DNA from: Octopus bimaculoides
Taxonomy: Eukaryota
Reading direction: 5' to 3'
Assembly (NCBI RefSeq): GCF_001194135.2
Contig: NC_068985.1
Coordinates: forward strand, 88,868,944-88,909,518
DNA length: 40,575 nucleotides
Position numbers and translations under genes: made by a program. Numbering within the stretch: the stretch's first letter is position 1; every line of letters starts with the position of its first letter. A model generated the notes under the pieces. It did no database searches. It saw only the letters and a list, made by a program, of their open reading frames with translations, and had not been told where the DNA came from. Shown here piece by piece: positions 21,090 to 34,062 of the stretch.

Positions 21090-24000
21090 TGTGTGTGTGT
21101 ATGTGTGTGAGTGTGTGTGTGTGTGTGTGTATGTGTGTGAGTGTGTGTGTGAGTGTATGTGTGTTTGTGTAAGCATACACACACATGTATATATATACAT
21201 GTACACCTATATATATATATATATATATATCCAGCTATAGGTTTTATACGAGTGGGTGTTTTCTAAAGGGTGAGGTTATTATCATTGTATTATCAATTAC
21301 TTTCACTCATGGATTACTTACGTGGCAAATCAGCTTGTGTTCTGATTGATTTTCTGAATCAATTTCTAACCATTTCACAAGTCAGATTCTGATGAAATAA
21401 ATTATTGATTCATTTGACATCGGAGCAGCTTAGAACTATAATATACTAGACAAATCTAATTTGCTTCCGCTATAACTTGATAACTACTCGCTTATCATAG
21501 ATGCAATGCACCATAAGAAATTGCTTTTGAAAATGAGGTTAAAGAGTTTGTCATTTAAGTTATCTTATTGGATACGTGCTAAGTGTAGATGATGAATATT
21601 CTACGCGCTCAAATCAAATAATAGATATTCAAATTTCATCCGTGTTTTTTTTTATGGTGGTATTTTGCATATATTTAGTATAAACTGGAATGTTTATTTG
21701 TGAACTCCCACCTGCGATGTAAATATATACATATATATAGCAGCGTCAACGTCCTGGGTGTATATGTATTTTAAATAGATAAACTGTATAAAAGAATTTT
21801 TAATTGTTTTCATAGAAAGTGCAGTTTTACATGTAAAGCAATTTTGACGTATATCAACATTTTAGGTCTACTCTTTTTCTAATATTCATAGATAGTTCGT
21901 ACTGTTGAACAGAGATCGATTTAATCGTATTCATTTTCTCTTATTCTTTGTACTTTGTGCAATGTAGAAAAGCGATTCTCTGATCAACACACTCTACATA
22001 ACTTTATTGATAAAGTACTTTCTAAGATAACTTCCAACAAAAAGATATATTTCTAAAACGTCAATACTGTTCTTGTGTAAAGTAACGCAAGAAACATATT
22101 TGAAAAGAGAATCAGAAATATATTGCAGTTGTTTTTGTTGCTATACTTTTTTTTGTAATTAAGGACACACAATCTCTTTAAATTTAAAAAAAAAATCAGA
22201 AAATAAAAAACATAAATCAACGATTTCTACAATAGTTTCGATTTCCAAACTTACATCAGCAGAACAAGTTCGGTCTTTAATTGTTACTAAATGCACATTG
22301 ATTCTTATGTAATGTCTCTAAGAACATGAGATAAAAGTTTAAAATGTACGCAGAAATGAAGGCTGATCAGAGTATCGACAGAAATGTATACTTTCAAAAT
22401 ATAGCAGAGGCATGCAAGTAGCATGTTTGATGAATCGAAGGTAAAATATTGAAGATTACTGACAGAATATATTGGACGTGTAGAACTGCATTACTGTCAC
22501 TGAGAAAGGTAAATATATTTTGTTCATTAAAATGTCAATTATGACATAAGCAAAAAACAAATGAATTTTTTTAAAAAATAATGTTTTGATGTAATTTCGT
22601 ATAAAAGTAATCCACAGTGATATTTGCACAATTAATATATTATATATTTTATCAAAATCTTATTTGATATGTAACAAAAATATTTTCGATATGAAAGTGC
22701 AAGGACTTGAAAATGATGTAACCACACCACGAAATGTTAATGAATGCATTCAAAGCATTAAAACTGTAATGATGTCATATATATGCTACCTGTAGTTTTA
22801 ACAAATGGCTGATATTGAGAAGAAAATGTTCACTATCTGGCAAATAGGTAATAATCGTTATCAAATAATCAGCGTTGTCAGATTGAGGATTCGGAGCAGT
22901 TACATGTCTCCCTTTATGCTATCAGAAATAAATCTACAATTAATACTACCACGTAAATATGATTAGTTCAAATATTAATCTATACGGAGTGGAGGTATAG
23001 TGACAGATTTATTAACAGTAGTGTGATGTTATTTAAATTATTTCCAATAAGCACCAAGTTTTAGATGTTACCCTATTATTGGGACAGTGCATTTAAAAAA
23101 AAAATTCTTATATTTTTTAAAGACATCGTAAAATTTAGTCATAAGCAATGACTAAATTCAGAGATATCAAACTATTTTGAAACAGATTTAAAAGTAAGAA
23201 TATTATTACATATTTGGTCGTGGCTTCAGAAATTGAACTGTCAGTTTAATAAGGATAACAGCGTTATATGGCATATTTACATTTGGCTGGATTTGATTAT
23301 ATATCGATCCGAAACTACATATTGATAATAGTGACAATATTTTCTTACGTTAATTAGTTTGAGAGAGTTTTAGGAATGTAAAAGCAACAAGGAGGATACA
23401 ACTTGCGTAATTGTTCTATAAATTACACTACATGCAGTAATAAAATAATGAAGATGTCGGTTGTTTGGTTTCACCAATTGCACTTTATAACGTAGAAAAG
23501 AAAATACACATTTCAATGAAATTTTGGCAGATAGAGATTTCTAATATTTTTATAAAAACAAGAAAAGAAATATGTTTATTACAAATATACAAATGATAAA
23601 CTTATTTTATTTCATCTGATTTAATTTCATTTATTTTCGTCATAGAATTAGAATCCATTACATCGTTCTGTATGAGAAATATTAAATTTTATGAAAGCTG
23701 AATTACAATTAATGCATATATCCCAATTTCCTGACATTCCTTGTTTTAAAGATTATACTTTCAACGACCCAGTGTGTTAATACGTAGTGTGGATTGTGAT
23801 TGAGAAAACGTTATTTCTATTTCACTTCTAATAATTCTATTATATTCATCATGAATTTCTAAGTCATTCTTATAGTATGTTTCTCTGCTTGTTTGTTTTT
23901 TTTATATCTATGTACCCTATGGCAATTTCGATTATGCTAATTATTTCCTTTCAAGATAACTTGCCTATTTCACATAAACTAACTAGGTTAATTTTTAAGT

Positions 24001-24589
24001 GGATTTTCATGTATGTATTTGTGTAATGTCATTTGTTAAAAGTAATTTTCTTTCTTTTCTTTTTACCATTTACAATGCGTTTCATATTTAAATACCTTTG
24101 TTTACAAACATTTCAGCTAATTTGGAAACAACTTTATCTTATAGAGCGCTTAAACAATAGGCTTATCACTATCTTAAGACTAGCGCTATATTAGGGGCTG
24201 TTTGAATTTTCTATTACCATATTATATTCAGACATCTTAATCGCTGCTTCAGAAGTTGTCTCTGTATTACCTTATCATGTTACCTTCTTCATTTTATTCT
24301 GCCAAACCCGAAGTCTTTTCATTTCTTTGCGATATCTCTTATTACACAATTGATATAAAATTAGACGGGTTTATGAACCGAAAATTGCTATTTATTCTCT
24401 AGATTAATTTAATATTTGATTACTTTGCACAGCTGTTCCAAATGAAACACGGATGCCACAAGGTATTCAGGACAAGTTAATACAATTGTTGCAGTCAACG
24501 ACAAGTGAAAATTAAACACATTTTGAAAACTATGTTCCTCGTTGTCCACGCCTTGATTTCGTTTCAGTGTCATTACCAGCAGCTTCATC

Positions 24590-24688
24590 ACCAACACAAA
24601 CACCGTCATCACAATCTCCGTCTGAATGAAACTCAACATCGTTATCATCAACGCAATCAGTGTCATTATCATCATCGTAAGCGTCTTT

Positions 24689-24721
<33 letters not shown>

Positions 24722-24730
24722 TTCGTCTTC
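24590..24730. repeat. Degenerate (CAT/CAC)n then (CGT)n microsatellite
   Basis: Visible directly; explains ORFs 24409-24735 and 24505-24783. Confidence 0.9.
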
Positions 24731-25329
24731 TTCATTCTAATTATCGTCTAGTCAAACATGAAGAAATTCTCAATATAAGTTGATTTGTGTAGACTATCAA
24801 TCAAAGAATTGCACATGACTAGATGTGTAGGAAATTAAACTGAAATCACTTCTGCCTGTTTTAAGTGTAATTTAATGTCTGGGTGAATTTACGAAGTTTA
24901 CATTTGAGTCATTCTATCACGACATTCTTAAAATTAAATAAATCTGATAAAATTCAGGTCAGTAAATCTGCGTGTGAAATGTTAAACAATATATTCTATC
25001 TTTCACATCACATACGAAGAAATTCCTTTTGTGGGCCACAGTAACTTGTTATACGTTGCATATTGTGCCACAATGAAGCACGAATAATTATTAAAAGACG
25101 CATGTGATGGTCAGGTCCAAAATTCATAATTACTGAAAAATCAACTCTTTCAATGAATGTATCCTTTTCCAGTGAACATTTTTGCTAAGTCAGGTTTTCA
25201 TTCAAGCGTTCCTTTTATAAACAGGAGTGTTGGGTCTCTACCTTCTCGTTTACTTTAGTTTTATTAAAATTATCCATAACGTCTGTCATCTACCACACAC
25301 AAATCCAATGTTTACCATTCATGAGACAC

Positions 25330-25993
25330 AGAATCACCAATACGAACATCTCAGTTTATATGGGTGGCAACTTGGAGACAGGGCTATCAGAGGACATGTA
25401 CCGAGAGTAATGAAACTCAAACATAGAGCCAACATCATGGTGGTTGGAGTGATCACTAGTGAGGGTAAAGTTATGTCTCCATTCATCTCACACGGTCTCC
25501 GATTCAACACAGAGGACTACATCAAGTGTATGAAAGAAGTGATGTTGCCTTGGGTCAAGAAGGTGACTGAAGGAAGACCCTACGTCTGACAACGTGACAA
25601 TGAACCATGCCATGCAAGAAAATCATATACTGAACATCACCCCTAAAATGTGGCCATCTAACTCACCAAACTGCAATCATTGTGATTATTATGTCGGGGA
25701 ACAAGTGACCAAGAGACCAAGAAAAGAATACTCCCTGTAACACCAAAGATCAACTGAAGGTAAGGATTATGGCACCATTCACCAACTTCAAGAAGACCTG
25801 TCAGAAGAGTAGCTGGATATTCAGAAGATGTCTGGAGGCCTTGCTTGAAGTCAATGGTGATTTTATTTAATATTTTTTATTCTTTAGTATTTCAAGATAT
25901 GTTAATGAAACATTGGTAAATATATTTGTTAAAATGAGATGTCAGTGTTATTTTAATTCTTGCATCATTTATACAACAGTTTATTCATCGCAT

Positions 25994-26000
<7 letters not shown>
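25330..26000 (+). mobile_element. Decayed Tc1/mariner-superfamily transposon, probably DD37D (maT) type; 3' half, abutting (TA)n
   Basis: KHRANIMVVGVITSEGKVMSPF..GLRFNTEDYIKCMKEVMLPWVKKVTEGRPYV*QRDNEPCH, then MWPSNSPNCNHCDYY and EVNGDFI* (stop 25868-25870). The WP.NSPD.NP.DY-type ending with a final D fits DD37D, but the spacing cannot be counted because of a deletion. The element ends at the (TA)n run 26000-26072, consistent with a TA target. Confidence 0.85.
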
Positions 26001-26075
<75 letters not shown>

Positions 26076-26925
26076 AGTGATGTTTCTATGCCTGTTACGT
26101 TTTTATGTTCATTAGTACCTCTAAGAACGTTGGTGCAACGAAACCCAAACCAGAAACTTCCGTAATGCCAGGAAAGATCCTAAGGGGTTTATTCTTTTAA
26201 GACCCCAACTATTTTTACTGCATTGTAAACTAAACACGTGGCACGGACGAACAAATGACGAAAGCATTGTTCTAACGTCGGGAAATCACAGTCAAATCCC
26301 CTTAATATATTTTTCGCATCTCCAGCCCCCAAAGTCGCCGAATTTATTTATTTTTACATATTCCACTTCCATTGAACATACAGTGTAGTTCGTGACTGTA
26401 CATGTTCAATGTTTTTACCACATTAAAATTATTTCGTGTTCTTTTCTGGACAACAGTAGCCTATGTTCAGTATATGATTTTCTTTTAATTCAAATGATCT
26501 CTTCTATTGTTACTATACTGAATAATTCTTAAGGCTAATAAAACTAACATATATATTTTTATTAAATTATGTCCGATAATATTTATTGAAACTACCTGTC
26601 TACAAAACAAAATAATAAAACCATTTTAACTACATTCTTTTTATGAAGAGACCAACGTTAGTATTTCATATAAAAGAGGCGACAGTAGGTAGATGTAATA
26701 GTGGTGGCGGTGATGATGATTGTAATAGCAGTAGTAGTTGCTACAGCTTAAACTATGGCTGTTGTTGTTGTTATTATTCTGGTTGGAATATTTAATGTCA
26801 TTCTTGTCGAGGAGGATATTCTAGTGTATTATATTTTTATATCAACATTTCGCATATTATTCCAATAATAACGAAAGGAGAATGAAAGAAGAAAGTAATT
26901 ATACCTTAACAAATGTTAATATATT

Positions 26926-27000
26926 GTGTGTGTGCGTGCGCGCGCGCGTGTCTGTGCGGTTGTGCGCGTGCGGTTGTGCTTGTGCGTGTGTGCGCGTGAG
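26926..27000. repeat. Alternating purine-pyrimidine (TG/CG) tract
   Basis: TGTGTGTGTGCGTGCGCGCGCGCGTG...GTGTGTGCGCGTG. Confidence 0.85.
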
Positions 27001-28712
27001 TGTCTACGTTATAGAATGTATTTCAACATATAACACAGAATCAGAGAAGCCAGAAAACAACTCAATTAATTCATTTTGTAAACAATTCCCATTATTCTAT
27101 TTTTCCAAAAATTTGCAATAATTTTAATGCAAAAAAGTTTTAATATACGTATTTATTTATTTTCTATAGAAGATGACAATAATAGAGGAAAAATAAAATT
27201 CTCTACATTTTCTATTTTGAAGAGACGGAAATATCAAAGATCACAGTCAAAACATTTATTTTGAGAATGAATAAAAGAATAAAAAATTGCTGAAAAATTA
27301 TCTTTAAAAGCCTCATAATGTTCCGAATACAAGACAATATTCAAAATCTAATTTGAGAAAAAAATATATATAACATTGTCAATTTTTGTTTTCATGTTTT
27401 TAATCATGTAAATGTCACTGAGATAAAGGTAACTTATAAATGTTTTGATATATGTATATAGTAAAGTAATACCCACATATGAGTGCGCAGATATTTGTGC
27501 AGTACTGTAGATATATGATTTATATATATATATATATATATACGTGTGTATGCAATTATATATAATATAGTATAATGTTTCTTTAACGTTTCTCTCGTGA
27601 TGCACATTATAACCCGTTAGTATAATACAATGCACACACACTACCGTTAACGAAATATGTATAACTGATAGGAGGTCGTTGTTATTAATATTATCGTTAA
27701 ACTTTGAAATATTTCGTTTTATTCTAGATGTTACACTAGAATTGATATGTATTAAGTGGTACGATATAAATTCCTCGACGTTGAAAACTTAGAATGGAGA
27801 GACAAAAAGAAACAACGCTTGAAAAACAACAGACTTTGTATATATACTGAGAGGACAGCATATCAATTATTTAGTTATTTCCTCTGTATACCTGGATGAC
27901 GTAACCATATTTGTATATGCTAATTGTACAATATCTACGATCACGTTATATATTTTACCTCGATATAGCAACAGAACAAATATTTTTTGGCAGCGTGGCT
28001 GAATCCCGTGAGCAATATGAAAAATAGATTTTCTTGATATCAACTAAAACAGTAGAAAAACTTATAATCACAAAAGTAGAAAAGTCTATACCTAAAGTAC
28101 ATATCGGATAATGGTAAGAGAAACAAATCAAAAATATGTCCTCATTATGAGAAGAAATATATATTTATGAGAGGAATTACGAGTTTCGACTGTGTAGTGT
28201 AAACATCAAAATTTAAATGGATTATTCATTTGAATTTAGATAACCAAACATATCAAGTTCAAATTTGACCAATACTCAGACGACGTCGGCTAGAAATGTA
28301 TTATTAGGATATCGAAGCTAACTTATGGGATATACCTACATTTACTACAGTACAGTCACAATACTATGTAACATGAGATTGAAATGTCTCTATAATCACA
28401 AAGCATATACGAAACTTCACAGCCTCTTCTTACTGCAAACTGACAGACAAATCTCTGAGTCTGATTTTTAAGACATATCTTTCTGTCTTTTTTTTAACAG
28501 GATCATTTATTACTATTGTATTGCGCTCAAGAATATTTACGTCTGTGAGTATGTATATGCGTACAAATATGTGTACGAATATACACAGTTGGATATATAG
28601 CTACATCTGCTATATACACATATATGTATATGTGTGTGTGTGAATTCGGGTGTGTCTATGAGTGTGCAAGTGTGTCTATGTGTGCGTGAGTGTGTAATAT
28701 ATATTTATATTA

Positions 28713-29330
28713 GACGGAGAAGGTTTCACAATCAGAACCAACTTTACTTGTGCTTCTGAGAATCTGGTTTATGTTCTAACTTGCTCAGATTGTAGTCATA
28801 ACTATATAGGAAAGGCAAGTACAAAAGTGAGACGGAGAACCACACTACATGCGGAACACTTCCGGTCTGACACTACAGGCAGATTTCTTTGAGATATGCA
28901 GTTAATATCCAACCGAACTTCACAGTTTTCTTCGTCTACCAGTGCAAAGAAACAATTTCTATACAAGAGCGTTTAAATAAAAAAAAATCATTCATCGAAG
29001 ACTACAGAACATGTCACAATCCAACTTTCATCTCAGTATACATTTTAATTCATTATCACAAATTTATAACTGTATAGATTTCATCTCACTAACTTAGCTT
29101 TTGAGAGTTTGTGCATATTTACTCATCCTCTCCCCGAAAGATGTGCAATTATCCCCTTGTCGCCAATAACAATGATCACCAATTTCCTCGACTTAGATTT
29201 TTCTAATTATTGAATCATTCATTCACAAAATTCTCCACACACAATATGGAATAAAATTTCTGTGACTAAATACAACATTATAATAATTTTAACTTCAATG
29301 TCATTATTAGTGACAGAAAAAAACTCTCGA
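28713..29330 (+). mobile_element. 5'-truncated Penelope-like element: decayed GIY-YIG endonuclease plus 3' region
   Basis: DGEGFTIRTNFTCASENLVYVLTCSDCSHNYIGKASTKVRRRTTLH (F.C..N.VY...C..C...YIG..R...H). After a frameshift: NFTVFFVYQC..ERLNKKKSFIEDY, where the expected catalytic Glu position reads K. The 3' limit is approximate. Confidence 0.85.
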
Positions 29331-29499
29331 CAAAACTAATATAAGTATATTTAAAATGTGTCAAAAAATTATGTAAGGCGTGTGTAGTTTCCTTCTTTTA
29401 TTTATATATTTATTTTTTGCATTACAACTCACAGCCTAAGGATAATTGAAATTCCTCCCGTTTTTGTTACACCCCCCCCCACACACACATATGTATTTA

Positions 29500-29710
29500 T
29501 ATTATCATTTACTTTTTTTCAGTCATGAGAGTGTGGCCTTGCTGGGGCATAGTCATGAATTTTTAGTCGAATGTGTGTGTATATGTGTGTTTGTGAGTGT
29601 CAATTTGTTTGTCGTACATCACCGTGTGACTAGTGCTGCTGATGTGATTACGACTCCGTAACCTAGCAGTTTGCTAGAAGATATTAATAGTAACCAGCGT
29701 TTAAAATTTA
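29500..29710. mobile_element. Two diverged SINE fragments in opposite orientations
   Basis: CAGTCATGAGAGTGTGGCCTTGCTGGGGCA and TTTGTCGTACATCACCGTGTGACTAGTGCTGCTGATGTGATTACGACTCCGTAACCTAGCAGTTTG resemble, from recall, the tail (minus) and core (plus) of a common cephalopod SINE. Confidence 0.5.
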
Positions 29711-30227
29711 ATTAGAAGTGTAGTTTATTTTCACTAGATTATTCTAGGTGATGCACCTCAGTAGACGTAGTCTACCGACTGAAAATAGAGAACAATAATC
29801 TATTTATGATTTATATAAACAACACGTCGAATCCCCACGATCACATTCTAAATGTTATACAACTTCATCTCACACATTCCGTTCGCTGTTTGAGATAATG
29901 TAAAGCAAATTCTAGTGACTGTTAATATATAATTTATTGGAAGAAAATACATAGAAACATGTTGAGAAAATCATAGTAGGAACCTGAATATGCACAAAAT
30001 GGCCTTCCGTAGTTACGTCTGCTACTATCTTATGTTCAACTTCATACATGAAAAGCTTTAATGAAATTACAAACACAGATTGCAATATCATCTCACATAT
30101 TTATTATGTAATTTCATTTGAGAAGACAATGTCACCAAGAAGTGTGTGAAGGTAAAGAAAAACTAGATAGATGAATATTGTTTTACATAACGTTCAACAG
30201 GCTATTGTATTCTTGAACATGTTATCG

Positions 30228-30305
30228 AGAAAGAGAGAGAAAGAGAAAGGGAGAGAGAGATAGAGAGAGAGAGGGAGAGAGTGAGAGAGAGAGAGAGAGA
30301 GAGAG
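30228..30305. repeat. (GA)n microsatellite
   Basis: Visible directly. Confidence 0.95.
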
Positions 30306-30653
30306 ATCATCTTTTTCATAACGCATGTATTACCCAATATATTTGCTGACCAATGGAAATTCTATTTTCACTCTTGTGTATATAAATTATTTATAACAGA
30401 CTAAAGAAGACAGAGAACAATATACTTCATGTGTTATCTAATAATTCTTATAATTAGGAAATAACAAAAGAACAATACAAAATAGAATGAAAAAATAAAG
30501 TCAGTGATATATGTATCTAATATTTCGTTCGTGTTAGATCATTTCTTTTCTCACTTATGCGATATATAAATACGTAGATAAACACACGCGTGCTAGTAGA
30601 TACACACCGACTCACACACACGCACACAAACACATATGTATATATGTATATGT

Positions 30654-30727
<74 letters not shown>

Positions 30728-30834
30728 NNNNNNNNNNNNNNNNNNNNNNNNNNNNNNNNNNNNNNNNNNNNNNNNNNNNNNNNNNNNATATATACATTTG
30801 TATGCATATACATACATACATACATACATACATA

Positions 30835-31300
30835 CGACGTTTCTGTTAATATCTTTCACCACTTACGTCCGCTATAAGCCCACAAACTCACTCACACTCT
30901 AATCCGAACTTTTCCTGTAAATTGTCAATCACTAACTCTCTCCCCTCTGCCTCCACCGGATCTCTTGAGACGACCATGACTTCCTGATGCAGCCTTAACT
31001 CAATGCTCTCCCAACAGGGAGACTCCCTCACTCTTATACAAATCACTTTCGTCTGTGACCAATCGATTTACCATGCATCCCAGATCTGCCCCACCACTCG
31101 ACCCTCCGTCACCTGCCTCTATTCCAGCTGCAGCTATCACGCCACGACACTACCCCTCCAGCGCATTATTCTTCGAGTATTGCGTCGACTCTGATTTGAT
31201 ACCACCAGCTATCATATCTTCCTCAATCCACACCTTCCATTACTTATGTGATCTTCTGGTTCGCACAGATACCACTAAACACCTAAAAATCCCTACCTTC
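30835..31300 (+). mobile_element. Decayed Penelope-like element fragment (RT thumb/linker region)
   Basis: Pieces across frameshifts read FTTYVRYKPTNS, CKLSITNS..LHRIS*DDHDF, SYHATTLPLQRIILRVLRRL*FDTTSYHIF and CDLLVRT. These match the Penelope-type motifs YKPTDSH.YL, SIPYSQ.LR.RRICS, YHP...I....L and NLRDLLV. Confidence 0.75.
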
Positions 31301-31364
31301 CACCAGCCTCATATTTATATGAGCACAAACAAAACATTACATACATATCAACATCATATTAACT

Positions 31365-31661
31365 AGCCTTACGTCTGTAACGAAGGCGAGCGTTCCAGTT
31401 GATCAAATCAACGGAACATCTTGCTCGTGAAATTAACGTGCAAGTGACTGAGCACTCCGCAGACACGTAAACCCTTAACGTAATTCTAAGGGAGATTCAG
31501 TGAGACATAGATAGTGATAGGTACTAATCATTTCCAAGCTGAGTGGTCTGGCGCAAAGAAAGTAAAGTGTTTTGCTCAAGAACATAACCCATCGCCGAGA
31601 ATTAAGTTTCCGATCCTATGATCGTCAGCCGACTACCCTGGCCACTGAGCTACGGTACTTC
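31365..31661 (-). mobile_element. Near full-length tRNA-derived SINE
   Basis: The minus strand begins with a perfect A-box TAGCTCAGTGG (31652-31642), a degenerate B-box, then TGTTCTTGAGCAAAACACTTTA. The body is shared with 38045-38180. Confidence 0.85.
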
Positions 31662-31769
31662 ATCAACACCATATTCACACGCTTTACCGAAGATCCTTTG
31701 CTACAACGACCGACTGCTAACAGGCACACACACACACACACACTCGTTCACATACATGCAGAGCGCGCA

Positions 31770-33060
31770 ACTAAGGGAAATCCTTTAGATTGTTCCTATA
31801 GAACTAACGTCCGTACCTATGAATACCGGAAGCGCATGTCCATTAACCCAAGGAAAATCCTTCCCACATACGTATTCACGTTCGGAGAGAAGAGCAGGTT
31901 AAACGAAAAGACCTTCCTGTGACGCTTTCTTTGACGAGCGCTAAGACCCAACATATAGGAGATGAATTTCTTGAACCCATTGCAAGCCAGTGTCTTGATG
32001 TAACAGGGGGCCGCGGTATCGAATAGCTCTTGATTCGAGGACATATTTGAAAAGCTCTTCCTTGCTCATTTTGCCAGGTTCCTGAATATGAGAGGCAGGC
32101 GACAGTAGTATGTGTGCATATAGAACACCGTATCGTTTTGTTTGTTGTAGGGCCTGTATAATTTGGATCCCAAGTCTAACGTGAGGTCTAAAAAGTTTAA
32201 GATTCCCAAGGGTGCTGGTGAGATCCTTTCTAAATCTATCAAGTGTGTGCATGTTAGCTTTTTTAGAAACGACCAGTGCCTCGTCATAGGAGAGATGAAA
32301 GAGAACCGAAGCGAGCTTCTACTTTAAGGTATCCAGGATATATAACCCAATAACGTTACATATGTCGGCACTGTTGTAGGCTTTCGCTATCACATTCATT
32401 GAGGCCGCGGAGTCGCTTTGCTTGAACGAGGTCGTTTCCTGGCGTGCATAATTACGTCTATGTCCCTATCGTTGATGTCAGCGAAGTACCTAGAAAGAAA
32501 AGTGCCTTCACTAGTAACCCTTTTTAGATAGACGGGTAAACATTGACTTCATCAAATTGGGTGAACCGTGTTTTACGTCGACCCTTTTCGGCATTAAACC
32601 AATGAAATTATTTCGTCGGTGTTGCACCATAGGCAGAGGGAAGAGGCTCTTCTTATATCGTCATTGACTTACTTTAGTAAGCATTTGCTCGCCAGACATA
32701 TCTCGGAGTTTGCTGGGTTGATGAGGTGGCACATGGGGTTAGAGGAAAATTTCGGTCTATGGTCCTCGATGTTGATGAAAGTGTCCTCTTGGTTAATAGT
32801 TTTACCCTTTCGGCTATATCTAGCTGGTTTTCTATCTGTTTAGCTCCACTATTAGTGCTGTTGTATGTGTTAGGGTAAGCCAATATATCTGTGATATGTT
32901 GTCATATGCAAACTCTGTCGCATATGTGTTCATCCAACTTAAATAGTTTTTTTGTTTTGTCGGAGAAGAATAAAGACACATCGGAGATTTTATCAATCAG
33001 ATGTCATCACGGAGTTTGCGCTGAAAAGAGCAAGAAGGCTTATAGAATCCTAGCATGCGA
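31770..33060 (-). mobile_element. Decayed Penelope-like element, RT domain through thumb; no GIY-YIG retained
   Basis: Minus-strand pieces read TFINIEDHRPKFSSNP.CHLINPANSEI, FTQFDEVNVYPSI, NFLDLTLDLGSKLYRPYNKQND and SSNQELFDTAAPCY...RKRHRKVFSFNLLFSPNVNTYVGRIFLGLMD. These match Penelope RT motifs KDHK..F..NP..RLINP..SE, FDI..FYPSI, NFLDVTL and R...WFNPP.S..V.TN.G..FL. Many frameshifts. Confidence 0.9.
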
Positions 33061-33132
33061 ATAATGCGAATAATTCCCCTACATAATTACAAACATGCAT
33101 ACATACATGCATAGATACAAACATACACACCC

Positions 33133-33193
<61 letters not shown>

Positions 33194-33994
33194 GTGTGTG
33201 TGTCTATGTGGGTGGTGTGTCTGTCTGTGTATGTATATGTGAGCGCTGTATATAAATTACATCTGATATTATATGAATATCCATATATAAATTTCCAATT
33301 ATATAACATACTCATAAAATCAAAAATGTTGCATTTAAAAATAACAACGCAACGTGTATATTCACTAATTATCTGTCTTACACCGGTTTCATAACAGAAT
33401 TTTAAATAATTATATAATCTAACAATGTTCAACTACCATTTAAATATTAACTTTTTAATTAGTGTAATTCGTTCCAAGAAAATTTCAACAACACAATATT
33501 TTTATATCCATTTCATTCAATTATTTGATAATGCACTTACTTCGCAGATATATATTTAGGAATGTGTGCTTAATTACTCGTGTGCTATGAATGGAAAAAG
33601 CAATACCTCAATCACTATTCTTCAATTATATTATATAATATAAACTGAAAATTAATGCAATCACGAATTTTCGTTAATAAAGGAGTGTTATAGATTAAGT
33701 TAATATTAACTGACTGATCCTAAAGACAGGCATACATTATTTGGAACATACTCTTCTGTACACACTGAGTTGATCGCATCTGTGTCAGTTACGGAGAGTT
33801 CCAAACGCGGGCGTCAGTAACTGTGAACATGTATAGAAAATTAGATTGTTGGCATACGACTTTGGCATCAATCTGATTCTTCTAATTCTCCCTCTTTCTC
33901 TCTTTCCCACTCTCTATTTTACGCTTTATTTTACGTCATATGTAAACCAACACAAGGTTGTTTTTTTTTGAAGTGTTGAGATGTATTATAGATG

Positions 33995-34062
33995 TATTAG
34001 CATAAAGGGTAGAGCAATCCAATCGGATATTCGAAGCCTGTCAGTTCGATCCTCATCGCTGG
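33995..34062 (+). mobile_element. Isolated tRNA-like head (SINE remnant or tRNA pseudogene)
   Basis: TAGCATAAAGGGTAGAGCA (A-box/D-arm-like) and AGTTCGATCCT (B-box-like); stems are poorly paired. Confidence 0.4.
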
